A DNA stretch of 64,000 nucleotides, taken from assembly GCA_973895155.1 (NCBI GenBank), contig OZ316892.1:6064747-6128746 (forward strand), given 5' to 3'. Source of the stretch: Marsupella aquatica (taxonomy: Eukaryota; Plantae; Marchantiophyta). The notes under the pieces were generated by a model. The model had not been told where the DNA came from. It was given only the letters and a program-made list of their open reading frames with translations, and searched no databases. Positions 38,955 to 51,352 of this stretch are shown here, piece by piece. Each line of letters opens with the position of its first letter. Within the stretch, counting starts at the first letter, position 1. The translations under genes and the position numbers were made by a program.

Positions 38955-40890
38955 AGAGGATGGTCAAAACCCTTGGAGTCAGGAACCGATGAAGCTGGTC
39001 CTGGCCCTTCTTCGGGTAGGGAAGAAGGTGATCAGATGCTTAGGCGCTAGAGGGTAAGTGAAAGGAAAGTTGAAACAAACAAATGTTTAATATCGAATAC
39101 TTGCATTCTCAAGATTTTGAACACGGGAAGAGTTTGGTTAAAGGAAGTACTGGGAGGTCCTGTATTAGTGTAGCGTTTATACTTTAGCACCAAGATAACA
39201 TAGAAACGGTAGTAGCGTAAGTAGAGCTTGCTCGAACTCTGACGGTCATTTAGAAGACAGAATGACAAACCTAATTATAAACAATGCCAAAAGAACTTAG
39301 AGGGATTTTGAAAAGGGATTTGTTCCTCAATGGACCAATGTACTGATTTCTTGTGTTCAAGAAAAGCAGAAATAGACTGTACTTTGTTCTGCAGTGCTCT
39401 ACCACGGTCTGTAAGCAACTGCACTCCTAACCTATATCCTACAGGAGGAAACCACTTAAGAAATTGATCTACAGGATTAGATGAACTCGCCAGCTGGGTG
39501 CGAAACATGCACGTTACATAACATGAACGCTTCAAAGAAGCTGCAAAAACGAGAATTTAATTGTGCTTAAGCTTGTAACAGACCGATTTGGTTTCAAGAC
39601 AATTTGGTCGTTCAGGACTGATTAGAGCTTCTTGTGAAAAAGTTAGGATTATAAATACAAATATTTCTGTTCCTCATTACAGCAAGGGGAAACAATGTTG
39701 AGCGGGACTGCGTACATTTGAGTAGGGGATATAGGAAGTAATGCAGTTTGTAATTTCGAGTGGTGCTGTCTCTTAAGCACTATTACAACAAAGAGTCAGT
39801 TAACAGGACTTGGAAATCGCGATATTGAAGACTGTCCCGGCCCATGGGCTCGCCTTAAATTTCGTCGCTAGTCTTGGTATTACAGTAATTTTAGAATATC
39901 ATGTAGTTTCGTGAGCTGACTTTGACTGATTGATATGCAACATTCAGGTGGCCAATGTCTCATCCCGTGTTTGGGATATTGTTAATTTTCGTATTTGATG
40001 GAATCCGGTTTGCTTTGAAACCTGAAATTCTGTCTCTACGACCCTTCTCGCATCTGTTGTAACTCACCACAGGTCCTTGAAATTTTATTTAAGAAATTGG
40101 TGTTTTATAGCAGCGTGCATGTAATCACCATTGCAGACTAACCTACCAAGTGACCAGATTGCGCAATGGTCCGCGTTTCCTTGACAATGTGTTATCTAGT
40201 AATTGCGCCACCAACAGGCTGAGAAGTCAGTCTAACTTGTGATGGAAAAACGCACACGAGACTCAAAAATCGTTACTGCACGATGTTTGAAAGTTTGTTT
40301 AGTGTATTCAGAATGTTGATTACAACAAAGGGGGAACAACATAGACACTGCTCCGCCTTCTTGGTGAGATTCGAATGTCTAACCCATAACCATAGACGAC
40401 TCTTCGCGACTCGGCATTTGCACATACTAGCAAGAATTCTGACATATGTTGCTTCCCACAAGGAGATGCAAAGAAGGCGAGGCAGAGCACTTCATGCTAT
40501 GAATTGCACAAGCTCCTATCGTCCTCGCTCTGTTCTTTGCAGTCCCAGCTCTAATCGTCGATGCTCTGCTATCTGGAGAATTTATGCCAAAATCTTTTTA
40601 AGTTTACTTTAGTGTGGTAGAAGTTAAGATGTGTATGTTAGTCGTACATATGAACTTCTCGTTTGCACAAAAACCCGTAGAGCAATCCGATGCTAGAATT
40701 CTGTGGTTGCAGCACTCACTACCTCGTATGCCCTTCATCCACTAATTGAAAGCCCATCTGTGATCTAGTTTAGTATAGGATTTCGTGACCCCGGTTAGCT
40801 TGGAGCTCGTCGCAACTCAACACAATGTTAGTGTAGAGTCATCTTTGGGTCTCCGCAGACGCTTTCTATAGAGTCTGGCCAGTCTTACAA

Positions 40891-43800
40891 ATGACGCTTG
40901 ATCATAATCTTAGAATGACCTGGCGCAAGGCTCTGGAAGCAGAGAATTGTGTCCTGGTTAGGGAGCTATTGAAAGAGGATGAGAGACTTTTGAAGGAAGG
41001 ATGGGAGGAGGACGTAGAGGCATCGGCAAAGCAGAAACCTCGACGCGTTTGGAAGGGGCGCACAGCATTGCACGTTGCAGCCAGAAGAGGTGATGTTGGA
41101 TTAGCGGAACAGATTCGGAATGTCTTGTATCTGAGAAGCCCAGGTGTTACCATGGGCAGCAGCAAGGAGCAGAGGTGGATGGATTCGATCGACTTTCATC
41201 TTTTGGAAGCAATAGACACCGACTATGAGCTAGATGCACTAGCAATGGCAGTTGTGAATGGCAACAAGGAGATTGTCAACTTACTGAAAAGAGCCAGCCT
41301 CGATTGTGCATGGAATCCTTATGGCATAAGCCATGAGGATGATCAATTACTTTCTTATGAGGAAAGGAGAAAACAAAAGGCTGCACCATCGTACCGGACC
41401 AGCCTGGAATGCCCAACTAACGCAAAGGACTTTTCCTCACCTTATGGAAACTTATGGAATCTGTATGGTATAAGCTCTGAGGCCGAGGATGCGGAATGCA
41501 AACCTGCACTATGGATTAATGGGGTACTAACGAACAACGAGGCGCTATCTGATAGCGATGCGTTATTCAAGATAACAGAGAAAGTATTGTTTGAACTCAA
41601 GGACTGTGATCTAGACAAAGTAAAGCTGATGTATCGAAATGACTGCGATTTCAACTTCCTTGAGATAGAGCTATTTTTCTTTCACTTCACTTTCTCAACA
41701 TGGATACGTGACGGAATGTTGGATGATCTAGTTCGACCAATTCGAGAGAAAATAGTCTCACTCGCAAGAAAAAACAACCGTCTAAAATATCTGTTAGTAG
41801 AATTGTGGGACGGCCAGGGGAGAACGCCGTTGCATGTTGCAGTGGATTCTAGAAAGGTCTCCGAATTTCTCAACCTAATGCACATGGAAACTGGAAGTGG
41901 GAACCTCTTTGATGAGGTCGTTAAACATTTGGAATCTGAAGATTGGGACCTCTTTGACGAGCTCGCAAAACCTGTCCTGAACGCAATCGACAGCGTCGGA
42001 AGGACACCACTATTTCGAGCCGCCGCAAAGAGTGAAGAATTTGCCGTGGTGAGGCTCCTGGAAGATGGCAGAGTGAATCTCACCGCAGGAATAAAGTTTA
42101 GAGCTGACGAATGGGGCGCAGGCCTGAATATAGACAAATTGTCATGGAGGAATGGTTTCATGAACAACTGCTTGGATGTTCCAAAAGAGACGCTTCAGGA
42201 ATTTCTACATCCTGATATTGGACCTTCGCAGGTGATATCCTGTAGTCCACTCCACGTCGCCATAATTCACAAGCATGAAAGCATAGTCGAGAACATTGTA
42301 AACAAACTTCGTCACACGCGCGATGGAAATGGCACAGATTGGTGCAACCGTCGATGTTCTTGGCCGGAAGTAACCGCTTGGAGCAGAGCCTATAAGTATC
42401 GTGTGACTACGATGCAACTGGCAGTGTTAGTGGGGAGCAGACCCATACTGCAAAAAATCCTGAAGGTGATCATCCACTCGCACTGCTTGATTTGTCCGCA
42501 GACCCATCCTGTGTGGCAGTTCTCTCATGAATGGCAACCAACGTAGATCCCCTTTTTCGGGAACCTTACCAGAACATGCTTGAATAGTCCACAGACCCAT
42601 CCTGCAAAAAATCCTGACAGGTGATCATCCACTTGCTTTGCTTGAATCGTCATTGGCTTTTGTGCATTTACAGAGCTAGATTGATACATTAGTTCTCAAT
42701 GAATGGCAATCAACGTAGATCCCCTTTTTCGGGAACTTTACCAGAACATGTATAATTTGGAGACTTGTACCAGTGATAGGCAGTCAACCATGTGCAGCTC
42801 TCATCTCATCTTGTACGATGCGAAATGATCATCAAATAGCACAAGATAGGAAAGATCTAAATGTCCAGATTGTGGTTGGGAGATTTAAATGTCCAGATTG
42901 TGGTTGGGTCAGGTTAAACCTCAACTTTCAACGAAAACAGTAATTCCCCAAACCACCCCCCTGCGCAGTATACGTAACAGCAAAGCAGTACAGCGTAGGT
43001 CACGCCAGTTAGATCGACATGCATGAATAAATCTTGTTGATCGACCCTACGGACATAAATGAAGTGAAGAGTGACTAATTTCTTGTGATACGAATCCTCT
43101 TGAGAAACGATATGCAACAGACTACTTCTGATTTCCAGGTGGAAGGTTGTGCTATGTACTTGATTCCTAGATTCTGAAACAGAAATCGGTGTGTTGAACT
43201 CTCTATCTACCAGGCGGAGGAAGAGAGACCGGGACTGTTTACTGATCGGTTGTCCGAGCATTATTTGCAGAGTTTCTTTGTTGCCGCAGCTGTGGGAAAG
43301 CCTGGTACCATCAAAGCATTCCTAAATAGCGAGGAAGGAAGGTTTAATCCCAGGAAAAGAGATATGTTTGGGAATACAGCTTTGCACCATGCACTGAAGG
43401 GACAGGATGTCAAATTTCACCCTCATTTGGTAGACTTCGTTGGTTGCGACCACGTTTTTCATTGGCGATGGAAGCATGACGATCAGATCCATTCTTGGGT
43501 AGCCAATCCACACGAAAGAGAACAATTGCGAAGAGATGCGGAGAAAGAGTCCCGTGAAGAACACAAAGAGAAACAAGGTCATCGAAAGGCATCCATACTT
43601 TTGTTATTGCAAGCTGGAGTTGACATCTTGATAAACAATGACTCCGGTGAGACAGCAAGTCCAGGATCTGATGCATCGGAAAAGTTTGTGATGTGGTGGT
43701 ACGAGATAGAGGTACAGGAGACACAACAAATGCAAAAGAGTCTTAATGATGCAGCAAATGCAATTTCAGTGACTGCTGCTCTAGTGGCCACTGCCTCGTA

Positions 43801-44323
43801 TGTGGGGCCAATGCAACCCCCACTTGGCTACGCTGGAGAATCTTCAGGCATGCAAGTCAGAGTTCTACCTGTGAGAATCTTCATTGTGTGTGACACTCTC
43901 TCATTTTATTTGGCCTTGGCTGCAATCATGTTGGCTCTCCTCCCATCGCTTCCTAAGCCACAACAACCCGCTTTTAAATTGTTGGTACGAACCAGGCGTA
44001 TCGTCGCTGGCGCTGTCGCCTTCCTCTTTCCGTCCATCATTTGCGTGCTAGTAGCTTTTGGTGCAGGGTCCATTGCAGTGATCCGGGAGCATGGATTTTC
44101 CCATCATGGCCTCACTATATTGACCACTGTCCTGGGTGGAATTCTTTGCCTCCGTGTGATAATGTCATTCACAGCTGGATTGGTGGGCGTTGTAACTACT
44201 TTGATATCTGATAACAGGCAAAATGCCAGCACATTCTGCAGAGAATTATTCCTCTTGGACATTGTGCTTGACATCTGCAAGTGCTTCAAGACCATGAAGG
44301 ACAATTTATTATTGAGATGGTGA
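40891..44323 (+). CDS. Ankyrin-repeat protein with a C-terminal PGG-type transmembrane domain (ACD6/ITN1-like architecture)
   Basis: Exon 1 (40891-42465) carries GRTALHVAARRG, GRTPLHVAV, GRTPLFRAA and SPLHVAI. It joins in phase 0 to exon 2 (43214-44323), which carries GNTALHHAL, ISVTAALVATASYVGPMQPPLGY and several hydrophobic helices. Confidence 0.88.
42438..42750. repeat. Local duplication of the ankyrin gene's exon 1/intron junction
   Basis: cagacccat.ctgcaaaaaatcctga.aggtgatcatccact at ~42438 and ~42592. tgaatggcaa.caacgtagatcccctttttcgggaac.ttaccagaacatg at ~42528 and ~42700. Confidence 0.85.
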
Positions 44324-44627
44324 GTGCTATTGGCATGAGTTCTATTTGTGACTCATTTCTTGTTGGACGGACAATCTAGCTCGTAAATCGTTGCAGGACG
44401 AGCTAGTCTCTGTGACATGATCTCTCCAATCAATATATCTGTATCTTAAATAGCACAGCGATCTAGAATGTAACCATCTCGGGATACATTTTGGAATTGT
44501 ATATAATCCATGATGCCTCTGCACGACCTCGTGATTGATTTTTGACCTTCTTCGAGGTCGGCTACGCCCACAGGTACCGCAGTGGGAATGAATGTTACTA
44601 TAAAAGCTCAAGGTGGTCTCACAGGTT

Positions 44628-45007
44628 TTTCGATCCCCACCTCTATTCGATGTTCCCACTCTTCAGGGCGCTGATTGGAAGGAATGTCGTGTGGATCACC
44701 GGATCTCCCTTAATCATGGGAACGATATGGGAACGATAGGGCCTGTGAGGAGCAATATCCGTATATTTTGTATAGCAGGGACCGATCAAGAATGTGACCA
44801 TGTCGCACTCCATGCAGAGAAATTGCAGTCGAACCAAATTGACTTGTTGCATTCTTATAGGTCAGCTACAGCTGTATAACGCAATCGAAATGAGTGTACA
44901 AGCTCAACCAGTTGGCATAGATTTTTTATATATTCCACCTCTCTGGCTTGGTTTCCTCACCCTTGAGGGGCCTGATTGAAAGAAATGTCCTATGGATCAC
45001 CGGATCT
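44628..45007. repeat. Degenerate ~80-bp direct repeat spaced ~300 bp apart
   Basis: ccacctct...agg...ctgattg.aa.gaaatgtc.t.tggatcaccggatct at ~44636-44706 and ~44934-45007. Confidence 0.65.
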
Positions 45008-45305
45008 TTCGCATGGGTCGAATGCACCCAATGAATTAATGGACATGTGTGGGTCACTTTAGAACACTGCACAAGTTGTTCCGCTTTTCACAAGTCTGAA
45101 ATGGAGTGGCAACACAGGCATACTGCATTCATCTAACTGATCCTTAAGAAAAGGAAATAGCACAAGCATCGCAACGTCAATATTATTTCCATCTAGGAAC
45201 ATCATATGTGAATGTAGAGGCACAGAAAACAGAGCACAATTTCTAGATGAGGCACACAACGTATTCTTTATGCGTTCTGTGACTTCATATCGGAAAGAAA
45301 TGATC

Positions 45306-47016
45306 TCACACAGTTTGCGTCAATGGCACTGTCTCATCCACTATGTCAGGGGTCTGACTTGAATTTGTCTCTGTTGAATGCCAACCATGAGAAGATAAGA
45401 CCTTCCTACGTTGGAACTTCCAAACTACTAGTTTAACCAGCTCTATCCAGCAGGCCCCCACTATGCATACAAGTATTATGAGGAGCCAATGTTTTCCTCA
45501 TAATGACACTAGTCCTAGATTCCTTTGAACAAACTGGGACATGCCAATGACAGTTGACAAAACAGCGGTTACTAATAACCATGCTAGCATTCCGAAGTTC
45601 GAGAAGAGGCCCTTTCGTATCACCGGTTGTCGGAAAGTTCTCAAGTTAAAGGCCATCAAAACTTGCATAAAAAGCCAGGTAAGAAAAGCGCTGGTCTGCG
45701 CAGTTTGCGGATCAGGGTGGACTGCAAACATGAAACTTGCAAGGACAGTTGTTGCCCTGAAACCAATATTCCTGTCATCAGTTCAGAATCGAAGAATCTC
45801 TGCGAAGGGTGCCGAGGCTTTCTCTTCATGATATTATTGTCACTAGGTTCCATGAGGAACGAAGAGCTTGCTCCCAAGTCCATAAAAAGTTCTAACAAAA
45901 TGATCTGAATTGCAGAAAGAGGACCCCTGCAAGAGCTCAGACAATTGAAATGTGAGGAGGTTTGTTTTGGAAACAGGATCGATCCACAATGTGGTATAAT
46001 TACTCTTAAGGCATACCGTCTGGAAGTGTGATAGCTTTGAGCTGCTCTTCGAAGTAACTATCAGTCTGTCAATTATTGAATCCTACCAGAGAGAAGCACA
46101 GCAATTTACAGAGATTGGAACCCATCCCATCTGATGAGCTGAACTGAAGGAATGGTTTGAATTACTCACCTGTCCCACAGGGTTCCAGAGACGAAAAGAA
46201 GAATGAGACCAGTCCTTGTACCCAAGTAGAAGGCAAGAGCCTTGCGTAGGTTATCCAACAGTCTCCGGCCTTCAGCCAGTGAAACCGGAATCATGCTGAA
46301 GTTGTCATCCATTAGTACAATCGCTGCAGCTTCACGTGCCACGTCTGTACCTTTCCCCATAGCAACACCAACATCTGCTTGTGCCAAAATCGGGGAATCA
46401 TTGACACCTGCAGTGCATCACAAGCCCATGCTCTCTATACATCAGCCAGCTCTGCAGCTACTCTTTCTGATATCTTCGTTTTGTACACCCTTTCCAAGTA
46501 ATGTTTGATGTTGGGATTTGAAGTCAAAAGTCCATGACCGGAAGGGCCTCCAAGGAAGCATACGCTGGAGCCAAGTGCAAATAAAACAGCTCGATCGAAC
46601 GTGTCGGCATCGACTTTGTGAGGCGAAGCATCGGCTTCATCGTCTGAATCTCTTACTTCTGACTCTTGCTCGACATTCAGTTTCACATCGTCGTCATCAT
46701 CACTAAGTCCTTCGTGGATTGGGTGTTGACCTGGAGACGAAATGCCTTCAACGCCTTCAAGATCATCTCCAATATCTGTCATGAAAAGCCAGGCCCCAAA
46801 TACCTTCTCCAACCCAACAGAGTCCAAAGTTCTACGAAATGATAACGGCCTGCTTCGAATTTCGTATTTCTCCGTACCGAGATGAGCCGAATGCCAAAAC
46901 AACCAATTTTCAGTGAGAGTACCCGTCTTATCAGTCAAGATAGTATCAATAAAAAACCCAAGTTTTCTGCTGCTCTGAGCTTCTTCAGATACATAAATCG
47001 TTTAGACAAAGATCGG
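45306..47016 (-). pseudogene. Truncated P2-like cation-transporting P-type ATPase pseudogene
   Basis: Motifs LRAAENLG/IDTILTDKTGTLTEN (phosphorylation site), [41 protein letters not shown] and PLSAIQIILLELFMDLGAS. Lesions: frameshift in the A/T run 46951-46956, no KGA/DPPR/TGD segment between ~46440 and 46407, frameshift ~45755, in-frame TGA 45498-45500. The N-terminal half is absent and one intron is retained (46169-45927). Confidence 0.9.
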
Positions 47017-47250
47017 TGGATTGGGAACAAAAAACTTCGAATCCTTATCATTGAATCATATAATAAATTTCTACAAAAGTGAACAGCAAACAATTTGCGC
47101 GACGCCCTGACTGCAGGAGGAAAGTTTCCTTGCTCGTCAACACAGCCACGGGACTGATTATATTTGGGGCTTTGAAAATTGCAATAGCCCCGCGACGAGA
47201 ACTGATTGACCACGACGAAACCATACATGGCTCAACATTTACAACGAGTC

Positions 47251-47404
47251 TCATAATTGTAAAGGCCTTGCGGTGAACGCTGGTGAACTTGATTGTTCAC
47301 AAAGAAGTTCAATTGCCACGACCTCTTCCGACAGTGGAGAATACTTCAGCCCGCGCTCAAATATGCCTGTTACGAAACACATTCGTTAATACCGTATTCA
47401 AATC

Positions 47405-47435
<31 letters not shown>

Positions 47436-50400
47436 ATAGTTACGACCGTCAATGCCCTATCAAAAGAATTATGTAAGAGAAGCCGAAGATTTTCCAGAAG
47501 AAGTAAAGAATCGCATGCTATACACACCTGCTCCTAACCTACGGCCGTCGTGAAGCTCCTTTGCAAAAGGCAAATCAGCCCACAAACCAATAGCAGCCTT
47601 GTTTCCAGGCTGAAAACCTATTACTTTTCCGTTCCTTGTGAGCACCACCTGTTTTGCAGGACATGCCATTGTATTTAGCACATTTTCATATTGCAGTGCA
47701 TAATCCTAAGAACAAAGCAGCGCTGTTAATACCAGTAAACCAATTACAAGGCATGAGGCAGCCAGAAAAGCCATGGTCAGTTCATAATACGTCACCTTCA
47801 GCACTGATAAGTCCTCGCCCAAATCACAACGCACAGCATTCCCACCATGCGTACCGGATCTTCTAGTCGAAGACTGAATGACCAGGTATTTTCTTAACAC
47901 TAAACATTTCTTCAAGTTCCATTTTTCGAAACTTTAAATGGTAAGAAACACTAGGCATGTACCTGATAAACAAGTAAGGATTTGCCTTCCAAAGTTTGTA
48001 CACTGTTTGTTCCAGAATCTTGAACAACGTGTACTTGATCCTCTACGTCCCGTGTCACCTCTTGACGGGCATTAACATCAGCATTATCAACCCTTGACTC
48101 TGCTGTGTTTTGTGTTCTTCCCCATTGACTCAGGTCTGACCCAATCCAGGCACCTCTCTCTGGACTGCTTTCGACCTCCCCAGGAAGGTTAAATGCATCC
48201 TTCAATCTCTTAACTACTTGGAGGCAGAATGATTCCATCTCCTTAGCTGGAATGACCTCGTTCTTTGGAAGTAGTCGCTGCATCGACAAAGTCATGTGGG
48301 TTTATCAGAACCACACTTGGCTTAAAGGTATGATTCAAGAACAAATTGCCAGTATGCTTCGGAATTAAATTATAAAATACACAAAAAAAAACGAACGGAT
48401 AAGGCAGGCTCAGACAGAGATACGCAGTCAAACGTACCATGACTTAAAAAATGCAAGAGACTTTGAGAGAAGACTATTTAGAGTCTGACCTGTCGATCAG
48501 TTCGAACACGGCACCATTTCTCCGTGAATGACGAATCAGAACTAGAAACAGATGACGCCATGGAAAACTTGCTTGAGAGTAAGTTGGCTGAAGGAGTTTT
48601 CAATTTAGCTACTACAAGCATACCAACGAGGAGTGCTCCTCCGGCTATGCACGACAGAGCTCCTGTCCACACAGTCTTGGCCACCTATTACACCAGAGTA
48701 AAAACACCTCCGTTAGAAGCCCTGTAGGAAACCTCAGGGATCTGAACTTCAAGGTCTTGACTTCAGGCATCAGCATTCAACCCACTACAGAAGTACCTTA
48801 CCACAATACCACAAACAGGATCCCACAAATATCAGACGTATCAATCCAGAATGGAGAGCTTAGCACCTTACTCTGGGAAAGATGAGACACTTGCAGTTCT
48901 ACCCCGCTGCGAAGAGCCTTGGCTGGAGTCGTGTACTTGTCTTCATAATATAGATCTAACATGTCAGCTAAGTCTACCTGTAGCACCAAAAGTTTATGGT
49001 TTTCGTCATTACTATACAAAAAAAACCTGGTCTGAATTGCAGTGAAAGCCAATAGCATCCCACCATCAGGCGCCTCGTCAATAGTATTGATATAAATGAC
49101 ACAAAGTATTCCGACCTGAGGAAAACTAGAGGTCGACAGTGAGGAAGACAAAGCTTACAACTCTATTTCAGAGGCGAGGACCCTAAACTGTTCCCTTCCC
49201 AAATTAGTTTTGTAAGAAACGGCTCCACCCATGACGGACAATGAGACCCACATGCATTGAACTAAGTTTTGCTCACAGAGTTTGGACATCTGAAATCCAA
49301 ATTTGGTCTTTATCTCTAAACATTCATACATAGAAGAGGCTCAACCTACCAATTGAGAGTGCGTGAGAAACAAATCAAGAACTTGTTCAGTCTTCGTAGT
49401 TAGCCAACCCTTGGCAATAACTTTGAATTTGCTTGTGTCAATTTGTACTTTATGGATTGGAATGAACTCCGTGATCCAATTTTCTGGAACCTGATCTGGA
49501 AGGATATCTGATGGGAGAGAAACAGAAGGAGTTGGCCACCAAGCTTGATAGGTTCTTCTTGTTTCTCCTAATGCATTTTTCCAATCCAATATTCTCGTGG
49601 CCTGCTCCCTAATTTCACTCAGTGAGAGGGATCTGACACCAATAGCTTTATTTTGGGCCCAAATCCACTCTGGTTTTCTCCAGAATGCGAATCTCTTGTC
49701 ATGCCTGCTCCGTCCAGAGAGTCTGTGATGAAAGCTGTCCTTGATAGTTTCCATAGAATATGAGCTGACTACTTGAGCAAGCCCCTCCAAAACTTTAGGA
49801 TCCCGAGACTCCAGACTGGCCACGACTGCATCCTGCGCATTGGTACAGAAAAATCGTTAAGTATAAGTAATTCGAGACGCACCGAATCCTTGACTTTCGA
49901 ACCATAACAGTAACCCAATTGGCGACAATACAAAATACAAATCAGCGCACAGGATAGCAAATGGGGATCATATGTTAACCAATTGAGTTTTCGGACATAA
50001 ATAGCACGTGGCGAACGAAAGCTACCTCCTGTTCATTCGCCAGGTTAGCCATATCTCTCGCTACGCCTGGACTGCGTATATGGATGTCGAAGGCCAACAG
50101 ATGTCGCATTACCACCCTTTGAAAAGCTTTGGCTAGGGCATTTCCCGATGACATGCTTATTTTCTTGTGGATCCAAATCGACTTGGCTGCCCTGTTCACC
50201 ACATGAGTCGGTGCGAGCTGCAACAAAAGTGAATGAAAGCTTGAGAGGAGGTGAAAGTCCAACCACATCCAATTGACAACGTAATCACGGAACATTTCAG
50301 GGCTTAAGACAATCCCACAAAATCAGGTTTCAGAAAAGCCAAGCCCCGAGCCTCTCTGACTCTGTTTGAATCAAACTATAAATTTCATATCCAATTATTT

Positions 50401-51070
50401 ATTCATAATCTTCTTCACAAAACTTCGAAAAAAAGTGACGGGAGACATTCTCTCATACGAGCTTCGTAGAAACAGTGCTATGTTCCCCTGACCGGCCAGG
50501 AATGATAGTCTCCACAGTCATCAGAGGCCTCCCTTTCGAAAGCTCGTCCGCGGCCGTAAGCCCACCATCGGCAGCCATTGCTTCAGTGGCCTGCCAGGCC
50601 TGGGCGTCCCCAGTCACCTCCAGAGTACAGAGATCATTACGATAAACCCTCATTATCGGATATATTGTGGAATCCTCAAGCGCATTCGCTTTCTTATTAT
50701 CCTTCTCACCCGTCCGCCCTTTCCTGCCATTCTCATCCGTCCCAACCCCAGTCTCAAATTCCGCCTGCCCATCTGCTCGCCCCACCTCCGCCTGAGCTTT
50801 AACGTGAAACCCCAACTCCTCCTCTCCACAACCGAACTGATTGCATCTCCTTATCTGTGACACGCCCAATTTGCGGCCCTTCCCGGACGACAAAGCTCCG
50901 CGATTTGTTCTCAAAGCTGCTGGAGCGAGGTCGAGAGAAGCAGAAGCAGAAGCATGATGCGATGAAGGCGATGGCGAAACACCGGTTGTGGATTGGAACG
51001 AGACGGAAATAACGCAGAGTCGTGGCGTGGTCGCGGCCGCGGCCGCTGCCAGGGCCCCGTCGAGAGCCAT
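47251..51070 (-). CDS. ANU10: ANGULATA10-like chloroplast (thylakoid biogenesis) protein; about 8 exons
   Basis: Transit-peptide-like N-terminus from ATG 51070. Motifs AMAADGG..VETIIPG...STVSTKL, LAKAFQRVV, LTHSQL|VDLADMLDLYYED, YQ|VVLTRNGKVIGFQP..W..LPFAKELHDGRRL and last exon GIFERGL..VVAIELL..FTARPL* (stop 47251-47253) match my recollection of Arabidopsis ANU10. No lesions seen. The symbol is from memory. Confidence 0.8.
47405..47436. repeat. (AGT)n microsatellite in the last ANU10 intron
   Basis: About 10 perfect agt units. Confidence 0.95.
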
Positions 51071-51225
51071 AGAGAGGAGAATTGGGAATTGAAGCTCCTC
51101 GAGCTCAATCGCTTTGTAAGAGCATCTCGTCTGCGTGCTGCTATCTTTACAGTACCTTACACCCTTCACGTCTATTAGTGTGTCACCAAAATATATTCCC
51201 TAATCATAACAAACTCATCATGGAT

Positions 51226-51352
51226 GTCATCATTTTAGTCTACAATTATAATAGGGGATAGTCATCATTTTAGTCTACAATTATAATAGGGGATAGTCAT
51301 CATTTTAGTCTACATTATAATAGGGGATTATAATAGGGGAATTATAATAGGG
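51226..51352. repeat. 35-bp x3 plus ~13-bp tandem repeats just upstream of the ANU10-like start
   Basis: gtcatcattttagtctacaattataataggggata-type units start at 51226, 51261 and 51296, followed by attataatagggg repeats. Confidence 0.92.

Noticed and set aside
44640-44720. Minus-strand FLPISALKSGNIE resembling the G5 region of translational GTPases
   Set aside because: No G1, G3 or G4 motifs nearby, surrounded by stops, and the repeat copy does not conserve it.
19592-51070. DXS and neighbours as a terpenoid biosynthetic gene cluster
   Set aside because: No terpene synthase, prenyltransferase or P450 is present, and the neighbours are functionally unrelated.
50453-51169. ORF-track start at 51169 for the ANU10-like gene and 28884 for the EF-hand gene
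   Set aside because: These are GTG starts from a prokaryotic-style caller. The first in-frame ATGs are 51070 and 28896.
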